DNA of 64,000 nucleotides from Salpingoeca rosetta. Lineage: Eukaryota > Protista > Choanoflagellata. Below the pieces are notes generated by a model. The model did not search any database, was not told where the DNA came from, and saw only the letters and a list, made by a program, of their open reading frames with translations. The position numbers and the translations under genes were made by a program. The stretch is from the NCBI GenBank assembly GCA_033442325.1, contig JAWQFM010000013.1:1585160-1649159 (forward strand). The letters run 5' to 3'. Numbering within the stretch: position 1 is the first letter of the stretch; each line of letters starts with the position of its first letter. This document shows, one piece after another, positions 15,026 to 30,519 of the stretch.

Positions 15026-15410
15026 CTTGCTTCCTTGTTGCTTGCCGCGCTTTTGCTTGAGGCGCAAACCCAAACAAACTGAATTCAGTTGATTGTGCTG
15101 AAGTCAGTGTCAGATATGGCACGCACTGGAGTGCATGCTCACTCACTGCACGCACAGCAACTGCACGCACAGCAACTGCACGCACGCCATCTTCATTGCC
15201 ACAAGCCAAGTTGTCGTCACACTGCTACCTTTGCAGGGAGAGATGTGGGCGCTCGTAATCTTGTGTGATGGAGGAGGGCACGGGACCTGAACACGTGCAA
15301 ACAGGGCACATGAGGTGCAAACGGCTGTGAAGCCGACCCATCGCCAGAAGAGGCACACACGAAACACAACAACTTGAACGAACTTCAGCTGCGCTTGGCC
15401 AGCACGCACC

Positions 15411-16595
15411 TTTGGCATCGACAGTGAGTGCGTGCCATCCCTCCAGCGAGAAGGCCCAAGCGTGTCTCTCCTCGCCTGCTTTCTTCACCACACGCCATCA
15501 GCTCCCCAATCTCAGCTGGCTGGATGGATGTTGATGTGGATTGGATGTGGATGAGATGTTCATTTTCTCAGCTGTCATCCAACGCACCAAGAACCACCAA
15601 GACCCCCCGAGTTGAACTGCGTGACTTCCAGCCACCCGCCAGCGCACACTGTTTCTTCTTCTTCTTCTTCCTCTTTTGTGAAGCAAGGTGTTGCACCGAC
15701 AACCAGCCATGCGCGTGTTGGTGTTTGCGGTGGCGTCGTGCCTGCTGCTTGCTGCGGGCTCGATGGCTGCCGATTATCAGCGGCACGAGTACACGACGGC
15801 TTATCAGCCCAAGCACCAGGAGTACACGACCAAGCACATGGAGTACACCACCGCTTACGAGGCACCCAAGAAGGCTTACACGACCGCGTACGTCGCGCCC
15901 AAGCAGGAGTACACGACGGCTTACGAGGCACCCAAGCAGGAGTACACCACCGCTTATGAGGCACCCAAGAAGGCTTACACGACCGCGTACGTCGCGCCCA
16001 AGCAGGAGTACACCACGGCTTACGAGGCACCCAAGCAGGAGTACACGACGGCTTACGAGGCACCCAAGCAGGAGTACACGACCGCCTACGTCGCGCCCAA
16101 GCAGGAGTACACCACCGCTTATGAGGCACCCAAGAAGGCTTACACCACCGCCTACGAGGCACCCAAGCAGGAGTACACGACGGCTTACGAGGCACCCAAG
16201 CACCAGGAGTACACCACGGCTTACGAGGCACCCAAGCAGGAGTACACGACCGCTTATGAGGCACCCAAGCAGGAGTACACGACCGCCTACGTCGCGCCCA
16301 AGCAGGAGTACACCACCAAGCACATGGAGTACACCACGGCCTACGAGGCGCCCAAGCAGGAGTACACGACGGCTTACGAGGCACCCAAGCAGGAGTACAC
16401 CACCAAGCACATGGAGTACACCACGGCTTATGAGGCACCCAAGAAGGCTTACACGACCGCCTACGAGGCACCAAAGCACCAGGAGTACACGACCGCCTAC
16501 GAGGCACCAAAGCACCAGGAGTACACCACGGCTTACGAGGCACCAAAGCACCAGGAGTACACCACCAAGCCCGCCTACCCACGCTACACCCAGCA
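15411..16595 (+). repeat. Segmental duplication copy A (about 300 bp upstream plus CDS); direct repeat of ~58959-60052
   Basis: Near-identity starts at tttggcatcgacagtgagtgcgtgccatcc in both copies and continues through the (TTC)n tract, the signal peptide and KPAYPRYTQ. Confidence 0.92.
15709..16595 (+). CDS. Signal-peptide Tyr/Thr-rich tandem-repeat protein, copy A (3' end lost in gap)
   Basis: Signal MRVLVFAVASCLLLAAGSMA, then about 20 AY(E/V)APK(Q/HQ/K)(E/A)YTT units with KHMEYTT spacers. No intron in the visible part. Synonymous third-position variation between units supports coding. Confidence 0.88.
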
Positions 16596-16695
16596 NNNNN
16601 NNNNNNNNNNNNNNNNNNNNNNNNNNNNNNNNNNNNNNNNNNNNNNNNNNNNNNNNNNNNNNNNNNNNNNNNNNNNNNNNNNNNNNNNNNNNNNN
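16596..16695. other. Assembly gap (100 N), truncates repeat-protein copy A
   Basis: N run. Confidence 1.
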
Positions 16696-16996
16696 GCATG
16701 TCGAGTGGTCCGAGAGATAGTATTTCGTGATTGCTTTATTAATGCATCCCTGGCTGGGTAGCGAGAGTGCTCGTTTAGTCGGGGCGGCACGGTCTTGAAT
16801 GTGATGTGAACTTGGACTCGAATATCCCATTTATGTGTAGGTGAAGGGTGGTGACAAAACTCACGGGGGATATCCCCTCCGCTCAAACATAAACATAGCA
16901 CGTTATATAACATTGTGGTACCATCGCTCAGCCCTCATTAATTGTGGGGATGGGCACCGCTCGTTGCAAAGAACCCCTGGTTTGTACACTACCCAC

Positions 16997-17104
<108 letters not shown>

Positions 17105-17697
17105 CGCATGTGCTCAGCACAAACAAAAAGATTGTTGTTGTTGCGTTCGCCGCCTACGCTTCGTGTGTTTTCTCTGCCCCCTTCCTTTCTTTCTCCATTT
17201 CCCCCATTCCCACACGCACATCCCCACTGCACTCCGCGACATCCCTCTCTTCTTCCCCGCGTCTCCCCCTCGCCCATGCCAAGCTCCATGATGGTGAACG
17301 AGAACACGTACCTGCTCCCGCCCCCGGCCGCGTCGCGAGGTATGCCAGCCACCCACCACCACCACCCTTGGGCAAGCCGCTGGCTGGTGTTTGCTGGCCG
17401 ATATGCATGACGTCAGTGCGTTAGACTGTTTTGGCTTGGTGACAGGCTAGCCTGCACAACACGGCCGTGCGAGAGAGTGTGCGTGCGTGTGCTCTCCACT
17501 GCTCCTCGCCCTTCCTGGCTTCCCCTTCTGTCTGCCCTCCTGGTTTCCCTCTTCGCTACCTGTGCCAGCCCGCGCGGAGGTTGTGCTGTGTGGTCCCTCG
17601 TAAGTACGGGCCGGTGTGTTGGTCCTCAGCCAGCTGTGCGCTCACTGTACCCTGCCCCTCCTGCCCCTCCTGCCCCTCCTTCTCCTTGGCTGCAACC

Positions 17698-19634
<1,937 letters not shown>

Positions 19635-20206
19635 ACCGCGCGTGGTGTGGGCCAGTATGGCGCCTCGTTTCACAACCCTGTCGTGTGTGGCTGCGAATGT
19701 AGCTGCTTGTATTGTTGTCATCAGGTCTCCGGCGAACCCCTTGCAGAACACACGTGTGAACGATCTACTTGCACCTCTCCCCTTCCATTCCTTTGTTCCG
19801 CCCCACCCCCTGCACTTTCTTTGGTTTGCTCCCCTGCCCTTCCGCTAGACATCCCTTCTATCTCTGTGTGTTTTGTTTGTTCTTTGGTTTGTTCTCTTGC
19901 CTCTCCGTATGGCGGGAAAATCAAAACTACACAGAGATGATGCAAACACACACAATGAATCAGACGTTTGTGCGAAATCTCAATCAACTTCCCGTCAGCA
20001 CGCGGATATGAAACAAAAGAAGCAAGCATGCTTACAGCGTGCGAGAGGAGAAAGGGCGGGAAGTGAACTGGGATTCACACGTCGTGCTGTGTGCTGGGGA
20101 GTGCGATGTGTTGTTTGTCTGTTTGTCATTTACACGACGCCCACGCCCAGCCAAACAAGCACGCAGCCAGGGCAAGCCTCGCAAGCACCGAAGACATTTC
20201 CTCTGA

Positions 20207-20218
20207 ATGATCAACATG

Positions 20219-20298
<80 letters not shown>

Positions 20299-21214
20299 TG
20301 ATCCGCTCTGCATTGTGCCCCTTGGGCCCATGTAGTCTATTATGCAGTGCAGTCCCTCAGTCCGCATCCTTTAGCATTGTCGTAGGCCTGTACCTGTACA
20401 TTCATGTCGACATCATCTGTTCTTGTTTCCCTGTTTACCCCTGTGTTAAAGCCACGCTACGCCCGAGCACAGCATCAGCGACAGCACGCACGATACTGTG
20501 GTTGTTAGTGCTTCGTGCAACAGCAAGCTGGATGACAGCGGCGCCTTTCCCCAAGACAGTACTTGCCAGGCGCTAATCCAGGAACTGAAAGATGTGGTGT
20601 ACGGGTACAACCAGTTCCAGGAAGCGAGCGTCTGCAGGCTGATGAGAGAAGGTGCGCACACTGCTGTTCAACAATCACCAAGAAGCAAGAGCCCTGGTCT
20701 CTTATCAGTGCAGACGGAATCACAGAATTATGCACACAACACCTCAGCCATCCCTCTCCCACCTCCAACGCCTCCCTGGTGCTCTGACGCTTGTGCCTTT
20801 CACCGCTAATGCCATTCGCCCCCCCCCCCCAACAAATACGCAACCGAACGCGGCAGTGTCCGACGCCAAGAGCGAGCTGCTGCAGGCCTGGACGCGCGCC
20901 CTTGACGCGGCAAACGAAAACCTCGAGGCCATGATAGCGACGGAAAGGGAAGCCTTCAACAGCCGCGTCTCCCTCGCCAAAGACCTGGTTCACGCCTTAC
21001 GTGAGTGTAGCGTGGTGCAGCTCGCATTCGTGCTTGTGCAGCCATCTCCACTGTCACACGCACGTCTTGTTGGTTGTTGTTGTTGTTGCATGGTTGTTTA
21101 CTGCGCCTGGCACAGCAATGCAAGGTAATGTGATGATCTCCTAACAGCGAGCTAACCCATCACACACACACACACACGCACGCAAACACACACACAAACA
21201 CATGTATACGTATG

Positions 21215-21261
<47 letters not shown>

Positions 21262-21334
21262 AGAGCAAGAGGAAGCCAAGATCCGAGAGTTCAAGGCCAA
21301 GTTCCCAAACCTCCTTCTCTCCTCTCAGCACTGA
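20207..21334 (+). CDS. Hypothetical small helical/coiled-coil protein (~120 aa, 4 exons)
   Basis: Phase-consistent GT-AG joins give MINMS-ASCNSKLDD..LMRE-VSDAKSELLQAWTRALDAANENLEAMIATERE..HAL-QQEEAKIREFKAKFPNLLLSSQH*. No family recognised. Confidence 0.6.
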
Positions 21335-21496
21335 CACAACACGACAGCGAAAGCCGAAAGCAAACATCAACAAGTCAAGCTGCCCACCTGGCCCATTGGC
21401 TTGAGTTCTGTCACATACATCATTGCACACCATGTCATCGATCCCATAGCCTGTGCCCCAGCTGTTCTTTGCCCCTCACCCACCCCCCTCTGTTGC

Positions 21497-23221
21497 CTAC
21501 TCTGATAGTTTCTTCATTTGATTCGAGGGCACGTGGCGGAGCGGGGCGTGGTCGTCTTGCAAGTGAACAACACTGTTCCACGTCTCGAGATGCCAACCAT
21601 GAGTGGGGTGCCACGTGAACTGTTATTGGTTGTTGTTGTTGGTGGTTTGAACATGAGTACACAGCGCACAAAGCCAACCAGGCGTCAAGCAAACTGCAAC
21701 AGACAGACAGACACCCACAGACAGACACCCACACCTCCCCACACATGGACAGACAGACACACCCCACCCCGAGGCCCCCCCCCACACGTACCTCGTTTAT
21801 ACTAGCGTTGGAGATGGCGAACCGTCGTGGGCGACCAAACGGCAGCTGCAGAATGTGTGTCAATGCCACGTTTAGAGCGCCACCATGCGTGACAACCAGC
21901 ACCGTCTCCCCTTGGTGGTTTGCAGCAATGCGGTCCAGACTGAAGGCAATCCCGTGAACCATGCAAGCGTACGCGTGTGAGAGCAGTGGATTGATTCACG
22001 GGTGACGCAGTTACCCGCTGTCTTTGCAGTACTGCACCAACACCAAATTCCATGCACATACATACATGCACGCACACCCACCCACCCACACGCACACACA
22101 CACACGCACACGCACACACACACACATGCACGCACACACACACACGCACACGCACACATACACACACACACGCGCACACACAGACACACCAGCACGCCCG
22201 CCCGCATGTGCCTCACGCTGTAGTGACGCGTCCTGCAAACTCCGCGAGGGATTCTCCGCCCTCAAGTTCAAAGTCTGGCTCTCCCATGCTGCCAATAACC
22301 TCTTCAGCCACAGTGAAGCGACATATACGTGCAACAAGGGGTCATGCGAGTGTGTGAGTTCAAGCGAGTGAGTGAGGGTGTGACAGGACCGAAGCGCACA
22401 TGTTTTGAAGATGTTGGATGCAAGGGCACAGCTGAGCAGTGCCACCCATGCCTGCGTCACAACAACGAGTGGGATCGGCGGTGTGGCAGTAGAACAAGTC
22501 ACCGCCGTACCTGGGAAATGGAGAGCGCATTCCATTCGCGTGTGCCCTTCCAAGATGCCCAAGCACCGCTCACGGAGCGCGGGATCCCGCACAATATTAT
22601 CTGCCTGAACGGATGAGAGGGGGTAGTAGGGTTGTTGCACGCTAGTGAGGGAATGGGATGGGTAGGACTGAACGATGGGAGCGGGGAGGGAAAGAGTGGG
22701 CAAGCTGGCACGGGCGAGTGTGCGTGCGCCGTGACAGCACTTATGCACAGAGGTGGGGAGGGAGAGGCACAACAGGAAGAAGGAGAGCGACACAGACAGA
22801 CAGACAGACATAGGCAGACAGACATAGACAGACATACACAGGCACACGTACGTACAGAGAAGGTGGGGTGAATGTCTGTGATGTGTCGGGCGGTGTCGTG
22901 TGCTCGTTTGAGGTCTGACGAGTACACTGCATGCACATGTCGATCCTGTAGCGCCCTGGCAACACACATGGCCTGCAAGTGGACGCAAGAGGGGAGCGAA
23001 GTGTTGAGGACGCTTGCCAGGAGGACAAGCAATACCAAGAAGACAACCATCAAAGCCGACACACAGACACAGACACAGACACAGACACAGACACACACCT
23101 GCTGCTTGCCCTTTTCATTGAGATCCACATCGCGATGTCCTTGTAGCCGCCGCTCCACGTTCCATGTTGTCTCCCCGTGCCGCACCAAGATCAACCTCGT
23201 CTCCTCCTCAGCCATCATCAT
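21497..23221 (-). CDS. Histidine phosphatase / phosphoglycerate-mutase-like protein (GpmB/CobC-type)
   Basis: [78 protein letters not shown]. Confidence 0.92.
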
Positions 23222-23349
23222 CGCTGTGCTGCGTCGTTGGTGCGCCGTTTTTGTGCCACTTCTTCGCTTTTGCTCCAACCCACCAACAAGCGAGTCCAGC
23301 CAATCCTGCGCACTCCTCGCTCGCTCGCTCGCTTGCTTGCCCGTGCGTG

Positions 23350-24516
23350 ATGCAGCAAGGATCTTCGCCCCGTCTGACGCGGCAAGCAGCGCCGTCGACG
23401 CCGGCGTCGGTGCTCGCTGCTGTGCTACTGCTGCCCTCCATGCTTGTGGTGATTGTGCCCTACGTCATCCTGCGCACGGGCTTTGGATACCGCGTCCCCG
23501 ACGAGAATGTGCGTTGGCGAGGCCATGTGTATGTGTGTGTAGGTGTGCTGATGTGCATGCGTTTGCGAGGGTGTGTGCTTGCCTGTGTGTGTGCCTGTGT
23601 GTGTGTGTGTGCCTGTGTGTGCCTGTGTGTGTGCCTGTGTGTGTGCGCATGTGTGTATGAGGGCTTCTTGAAAGTTAACAGCGCAAACGACATGCGTACA
23701 CACACACACGCACACACGCGCACACTGATGCTGTTTCTGGCTGGCCATCGGTCCTTTCTCATGCTGTGTTCACATCAACACCGACACAACCAGGTGACGA
23801 CCTTTCGCTTCTTTGGCCTGCTGCCATTAGCTGCTGGCGCGTTTATGTGCTTATGGGCGTTCTGGGATCTGCTTATCCACGGCGGCGGCAAGCTGCCCAT
23901 CTTTAGGCTTACGCAGGTGCGTGCATTCGCTGCACAGAGGAGAGGGACAAGGTGTGCGAGGCAGTGATTGGTTGCACACAGTTTATTCTCATGGCTATGG
24001 CGTGGGCAACACATGCTTTCGTAATGCAAGTGCGTGTGTGCGTATGCGTGTGTGAGTATGCGTGCATGTATGCGAGAGAGAGGGGGGGGGAAGAGTGTGT
24101 GCGGGTGCGTGAGAGAGAGAGAGTGTGTGTGTGTGTGCGTGTGTGGGTGAGAGAGAGAGAGAGAGAGAGAGTGTGTGTGTGTGTGTGTGTGTGTGTCTGT
24201 GTGGGTGGGTGAGAGAGAAGGAAAGAGAATAGTAGTGTGCGTATGTGTGTGTGCACTTTACGTGGTTTGTTCACTCCTTCCAGTCACTCACCCGCATGTG
24301 GACCAACACTTGTTGTTAATGCACACCCAGCTTCCCAACGGATCAGAGACTCAGGTGTTTAGGTGAGACCCGTGCACATGCATGTGCGTGCGTGCGTGTG
24401 GGCCTTTGACGTGGGTAGTGCACATGTGGGCCGACCCGCTTGCTTGAATTGTCACACACACACACACACACACAGCCGATCCGTTTCTGTGGCGTGTAGC
24501 TTGCAACTCATCTCAT

Positions 24517-24586
<70 letters not shown>

Positions 24587-25173
24587 TGGCTTGCCAGGGG
24601 CGTGTTTCGGTACACACGAAATCCGGTGTATGCAGGGGTGTGTTTGACGTTATTTGGACAAGCTGTGTACTTTGTCAGTGGGACGCTGTTCTTCTTCACC
24701 CTGCTGTGCTTTGTCGCACTGCATCTCCTTGTGGTGGTGCACGAGGAGCCCTTGTACCGCGCCCTCTACCAGGAGGCCTACTCGGAATACTGCCGCCGCG
24801 TTCCAAGGTGACGACGCATGACAGCGCGCGTTTGCTTTGGTTCTTTCTCGGAGAGTGGCCATTCGTGCCTCCTGTTCTTGCCGTGCACAAACAAGTGTTC
24901 ACACGAACCACGGCCATCACAACTTTGTGCATCGTGGCGTGGTGTGCTTCTTCTTCATCATCGTCATGTCATCATGGTCATCATGATGTACATTGACACG
25001 CACACACACACCCACACACGCACACACACACACACACACTCTCTCACACGCACACACGCACACATACACACACACACACACTCACACACTCACACTGCCA
25101 ATGCAGGTGGAAGCCGGAGTGGGATAAGGTGTTGGCCGAGGAGAACATCGGCCGCGATGGCCTGCCGCGTTGA
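23350..25173 (+). CDS. Isoprenylcysteine/phospholipid methyltransferase (ICMT/PEMT) family membrane protein
   Basis: Several TM helices; GVFRYTRNPVYAG and EEPLYRALYQEAYSEYCRRVPR-W motifs. Confidence 0.85.
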
Positions 25174-25307
25174 ACATGATCGTTCCGACAGCATAAATAA
25201 TAGACCAGTCACAGTGGTGGATACGACCCTGTGGTGTACAACTCGCTGTGTGGACTTTTAACGAAAGATTTCCCCTGACCATCGTCCACGGAACACCATC
25301 AGCCAAG

Positions 25308-27114
25308 ATGGTGAGGGCAGTGGCGGGTGGCTGATGAATGAATGCGAACGTGTGCGCGCAGTGGCGCTTGCAGAAGAGAAGCACGCCATATGGGTTGTGC
25401 GTGGATGGGTGTGGGTCTGAAAGAGGGGTGCTGCTTGTTAACGGTGCTTGTAGAGCATACATCGCTGTGTGTAAGCGTGCATACGACCGTTGTTGGCTGA
25501 CAGCGCGAGCACGTTGCACGTAGCACGTTGCACAGCATCGACAAACAGTGATGCCAAGCGCTAGTGTCATTGGTGGTTGTTGGATGAAGCAGGGTGGTGT
25601 ACATGGATGGTTGCAGTGTGCGCCCGGTGCCTGAAATCTGCTTTGTCGCAGCGCAAGTGACAAAGCAGACAGACAGACAGACAGACACAGACACACAGAC
25701 ACAGACACACACAGACACACACAGACAGACACACACAGACAGACAGACACGCAGACTCACTCTCTGTTGCTGTCTTGATATGTTGCCTTCCAATGTATGC
25801 AGCCGCCCGGAAAGAGCAACAAGATCCTCAAGTACATGAACTACCGCATGCGGGTCACCACAGAGGATGGCCGCATGTTGGTGGGTACCTTCATGGCATA
25901 CGACAAGCACATGAACATGGTCTTGTCAGACTGCGAGGAGTTCAGAACGGTACGACTTGACAATGGGTGCATGTGCGCGCGCGTGTGTGTGAGTGCTGTT
26001 GGGTGTTTGTTCCACGGATCGCTGGCTCTGGTCGCATGCTCTGTGCGTTTGCTGTTTGATTGTCGCAGTAGACGTTGCTGACTCACACGCCCTTCGCCCT
26101 GTCCATCAAACTTTTCATGCACATCAACCGTCATTGTCTTGCACCAACGATCACCACCTCCAGGTGAAGGCAAAGAAGGGTACAGATGAGCAAACACAGA
26201 AGCGCGCATTGGGCTTTATCCTGCTGCGAGGCGAGAACGTCGTCTCAATGGCAGTGGAGGGCCCTCCTCCACAGGAGGTGCGTTGCGTTCGTGTGAGCTG
26301 GCATCATGATCTTGGCTGCCCAACTTCTTGGAACCTTCTTCTTGTTATCTGCGTGTGTGTTGTTTGTGTGTGTATGTGTGTGTATGTGTGTGTGCGTGTG
26401 TTGTGTGTTGTGTGTTTCTGTCTATCTGTACATTTCTCTGCTTGTCTGTTTGTTGGTGATCATACTCACTCGACGTACGCATAACCCCGCGTGCTTGTGT
26501 CCCATCATCAGGAGAAGCGCACCGTTAAGGTTGCTGCCCCAGGCCCCGGTGTTGGCCGCGCAGCTGGCCGCGGTATTGTCACACAGATCAACGCACCGCC
26601 TGTCGGTCTCGCTGGGCCTGCTCGCGGTGTTGGTGGTCCCGCCCCATCAAACATGATGCCCCAACAAAGCGCGCCACCACCAGGTGTGTGTTGGTGTACA
26701 TGTGTATGTGTGTGTGTGTATGCTGGTGTGTGGGTGTGTTGGTCCTGCGTACGAGCGTGGAATGGCGTGGTTCAGTGGTAATATGTGCGTGCTGTTGTTC
26801 TGCCAACCGTTGCCCTGCAACTTGCCACCCATCTCAAACACGTCACTGACAAGTATCGATCATCCCCTGTTCACTTTACCCCCTCGCCTCTTCTCGCCCC
26901 TAACTCCCCCTTACTTCTCTGCTGTTTGCCACCGTGTGTGTCCACCTGCAGGTGCGCGTCCGCCCATGCCGCCGCCGCCTGGTATGGGTGGTCCACCCGG
27001 CATGCGACCCATGGGTGGTCCACCAGGCATGCCCCGCGGACCCCCACCTCGCCCGGGCATGGGCATGCCCCCAGGCTTCAGGCCCGGAATGCCCCCACCA
27101 AGTACGCAGTTGCC

Positions 27115-27207
<93 letters not shown>

Positions 27208-27434
27208 TGCGTTTGTTTGCGTTTACTGTGTTTGTGTGTGTGCATTTGTTTGCGTTTACACATGCATGCGTGTTTGTTTGTTTGTGTGTGTGTGTGTGTT
27301 GATGTGGTTGCTCGCCGCTGTCACAGTTCTCATACCTTCTTGTTTGCCGCTGCTCCTTCCACCCACCCATCGTTTGGTCAGACATGCCCTTCCGTCCTCC
27401 CCCAGGCTTTGGCCGTGGCATGCCGCCCCAGTAG
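25308..27434 (+). CDS. SNRPB: Small nuclear ribonucleoprotein SmB/B'
   Basis: ATG-only first coding exon at 25308, then [78 protein letters not shown], and a PPPGM-rich tail. Confidence 0.96.
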
Positions 27435-27861
27435 TCTCGTCCTGTCTGTGCCTGTTGTGTTGTGTGGCTGTGGTCGTTGATTTCGCTGTCTCCTCTGTCT
27501 GCCTTGTTCGCGGCAGACAACCTTGGTCCCATCTTGTGTGAATGTTGCTGTGCATGTGGATCCGTTGTTACGTGTAGATTGGCGCTGAGTGCAAAGAGGG
27601 CGAATGTGCGCGCGCGTATGTGTGTGTGTGCGTGCGCGCGTATGTGTGTGTGTGTGTGTGTGTGGGTGTGTGGGTGTGTGGGTGTGTGGGTGTGCGTGTC
27701 CATTTCTGAGCGCCACGTCGTGCGTGGGCGCCAAGTGACCTTTGCCGTCGAGTTGTGTGATGTGTGATGATGATGATGTGATCTGCCATTGTGATGTGTG
27801 ATGCACCAGTGAACGAACCAATTATGCAACACTCAGGTCAGGTCGTATCGTGTGTTGTAAC

Positions 27862-29381
27862 ATGACAACAACAACACGGAGAAGACAAGAGATGTCCAGT
27901 GCGTGGCACAAGTCCTACAACGTCATTTTCAGTGTGTGTGCAAAAAGCACGTGTGTGCACGACGTGATGAGCGTTGTTGGAAAGGCTCGCACAGAGCTGG
28001 CTGCGCAGCTTGAGGCTGAGTTGCGGCAGCTTCCGCCCAAGGCCACAGCCCTGTCGTGTCCGCACGCCACGCCGATTGAGCAAGGGGACGATGTTGAGTC
28101 GGAAGACCACCACAAGCAGCTGCGAGCCTGCTTGCCCTGCATCCTCACCGACTATCCTCTCGCCACAAAGGTGTGTGTGTTTGTTTGTGTGTGTGCGTGT
28201 GCGTACGTGTGTATGCGTGTGTATGTGCGTGTGTATGTGTATGTGTGTGTATGTGCGTGTGTATGTGTGTATGTGTGCATATACACACATATGTTAGTGT
28301 GTATGTGTATGCATGTGTGTGTGTATGTGTATGAGTGTGTGTGTGTGCGTGAGTTGTTCCACACCCATCCCTCCCCAGCGCTCCCCCCTCCTCACAAGCA
28401 CCGTACGTCATCATCGCTTGCTTGTGGTTATCCTGTCATCCACGCTTGTCTTCATTGCAGATGGTGTACCTGCTGCGATATGACGACGATAGCGTTCGCA
28501 CCTCTGCGCACGATGCTGCCAGTGGCACGTACATCAGCGCAGTGCCTCCCAACAAGGATTTGATGCGGCCGTGCATGCTCACATTCTATCGCCCCGCGGA
28601 CGAGACGATGGCGCCAGCCCTAGCAGAACACGAGGAGGAGGAGGAGGAGCAGCAGCAGCAGCAACAGCAGCAAGAGCAGGAACAGTTGGAAGCGCAACAG
28701 CAGGAGCAGCAACAGCAGCAACAGGGGCAGCAGGCGCCTGGCGGCGAACAGATGCTTTCACAACAACCAGTCCACACACAATCCAGCCCACTCTTCACGG
28801 TGGAGCACTTCCATCTCGACCAGCCCAACTTGGTCACAGCCCTGCCTCGCGGATATGTGCCAGCGCTACAGCGCCTTGCCCAGCAGCACAGCCTGGAGTG
28901 TGCACCTGGCGCACAGTGCCATCTGTGGCTTCACCCGCCCCACACGGCGTTTGGCACTCCGAGAAAGGCTGCTGCTGTCGCTGGCAGCGGCAAGTACACG
29001 CTGGGCCGGCTGCGGCAAGAGCATGCAGACCTCATCAACCGCAGGTGGACATATGGGGGCACACCTGCATCGCTCCGCTTCATCCAGCACCTCATTGACA
29101 CGTTCCACACGGCTGCTGCCTTTGCCGCCGACGGCACACCCGTGTGCTGGGCGCTGCAGCAGCCGTACGGAGCCATTGGTATGGTGCACACGGAGCCTGA
29201 GCACCGGCGACAGGGGCTGGCGAGTGCAGTGGCGCTGATGTTGGCTGAGCAGATTGAGGCGGGCGGCCAGCTTGCGTATGCGTACATCACCGATGAGAAT
29301 GCATCATCCCAGGCCATGTTCACCGCACTTGGCTTCAGACAGACAAGCGCCACAGACTGGTGGCACGTGCGGCCCACGTAA
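27862..29381 (+). CDS. GNAT acyltransferase, glycine N-acyltransferase-like/FR47 C-terminal domain, with poly-E/Q insert
   Basis: HADLINRRWTYG..PVCWALQQPYGAIGMVHTEPEHRRQGLAS..AYITDENASSQAMFTALGF. Intron 28171-28460. The start codon is uncertain (27862 or 27892). Confidence 0.85.
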
Positions 29382-29438
29382 TGCCTGTGTGTGTTGTGTG
29401 TGCTGTGTGTGCTGTGTGTGTTGTGTGTGTTGTGTGTG

Positions 29439-29497
<59 letters not shown>

Positions 29498-29940
29498 CTC
29501 TCTCTCTGTGTGCATGCAGTGCGTGCGTTTGCAAGTAAGGTTGGACCCACTCGTGCCCTGGCTTGCTGTCCTGTCGTGGCTGGTTGACACTTCCTTCCCC
29601 ACAAGCACCACCATCCACCCCAGCCGTCTCTCCTCTCGCGCTCCCCCTCCCTCTTAGATTGGCTATCAATAGCGTGTTCACTTAAGGCAGGGCAAGCACA
29701 AGTAAATGAAATGCAGTCGTGCAGTGTGGGATTCAGTGAAGCCACAGCTGAAGAGCGTGCACATCAACAATAATGATCAAAAGCACACAGGGCAAGATGG
29801 GAGTGGGGCGTCGTTGTTGTGGCTATGGTTGACGTGTAACAGTGGAAGAGGCAGGACGACAAGAAGGCTAGGAACCACCGAAGAACACTCAACCCAGCAA
29901 AGCGCAGAATAAAGGAAAGGAAAGCCAGCCACAACCAAAC

Positions 29941-30015
<75 letters not shown>

Positions 30016-30040
30016 ACCTCCTCCTGGACACGCCGATGCA

Positions 30041-30481
30041 TCACTCCATGTCGTTGCCGGCTGCCTCACATCCCATCAGATGCAGGTCCTCCAGCGAACG
30101 CATTTCATCCGGCGTGACGTAATGCGTACCCAACCACCGCGTGGAGCAGCACTCCTTTCCTTCTTTGGCTGTTGGACAATACTTCCAGTACCAGTTGTTC
30201 GGGTCGTCTGATTTGCGCGCGCTGCGCTCTGCGTCCAAACCAAGCGCGATAAACAGGTTACGCCCCTCTGCATCCAGCGACTCGACGGCCGGAACGCCAA
30301 TCCGCTTCATGGAGATGCCAAGTTCCATGTCTGTGTTCAGGAAAGGCCGGGGGAGAGCGGGGGGGGAGGGGGAGGAAGATGGGATGGGTAATATGGTGTG
30401 TTGAAGTAGACCACAAATAGGGTGCTGGGCGGGTGACAGGGGGCACTTGTTTCGGGGGGATGATGTCAAACACCGTTGACG

Positions 30482-30519
<38 letters not shown>

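Noticed and set aside
15411-15708. Duplicated segment as a transposon or LTR pair flanking 43 kb
   Set aside because: No TG..CA ends, TIRs, target-site duplication, transposase or RT seen. The interior holds ordinary genes.
15780-16595. 33-bp periodic array as a possible CRISPR
   Set aside because: No unique spacers, in-frame coding repeat, eukaryotic context and no cas genes.
15568-16830. Long antisense and alternate-frame ORFs over the repeat genes (WCTPAWVP.., GVLLLGCLV.., STRPPTRHP..; also 58976-60475)
   Set aside because: Shadows of the 33-nt coding repeat. Variation is synonymous only in the YTT frame, which also carries the signal peptide and TM.
16696-16995. Compositionally atypical sequence right after the gap (possible foreign insert or alternative 3' end of copy A)
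   Set aside because: No coding or terminal-repeat signal and no match to the 3' end of copy B. Most simply a low-quality contig end.
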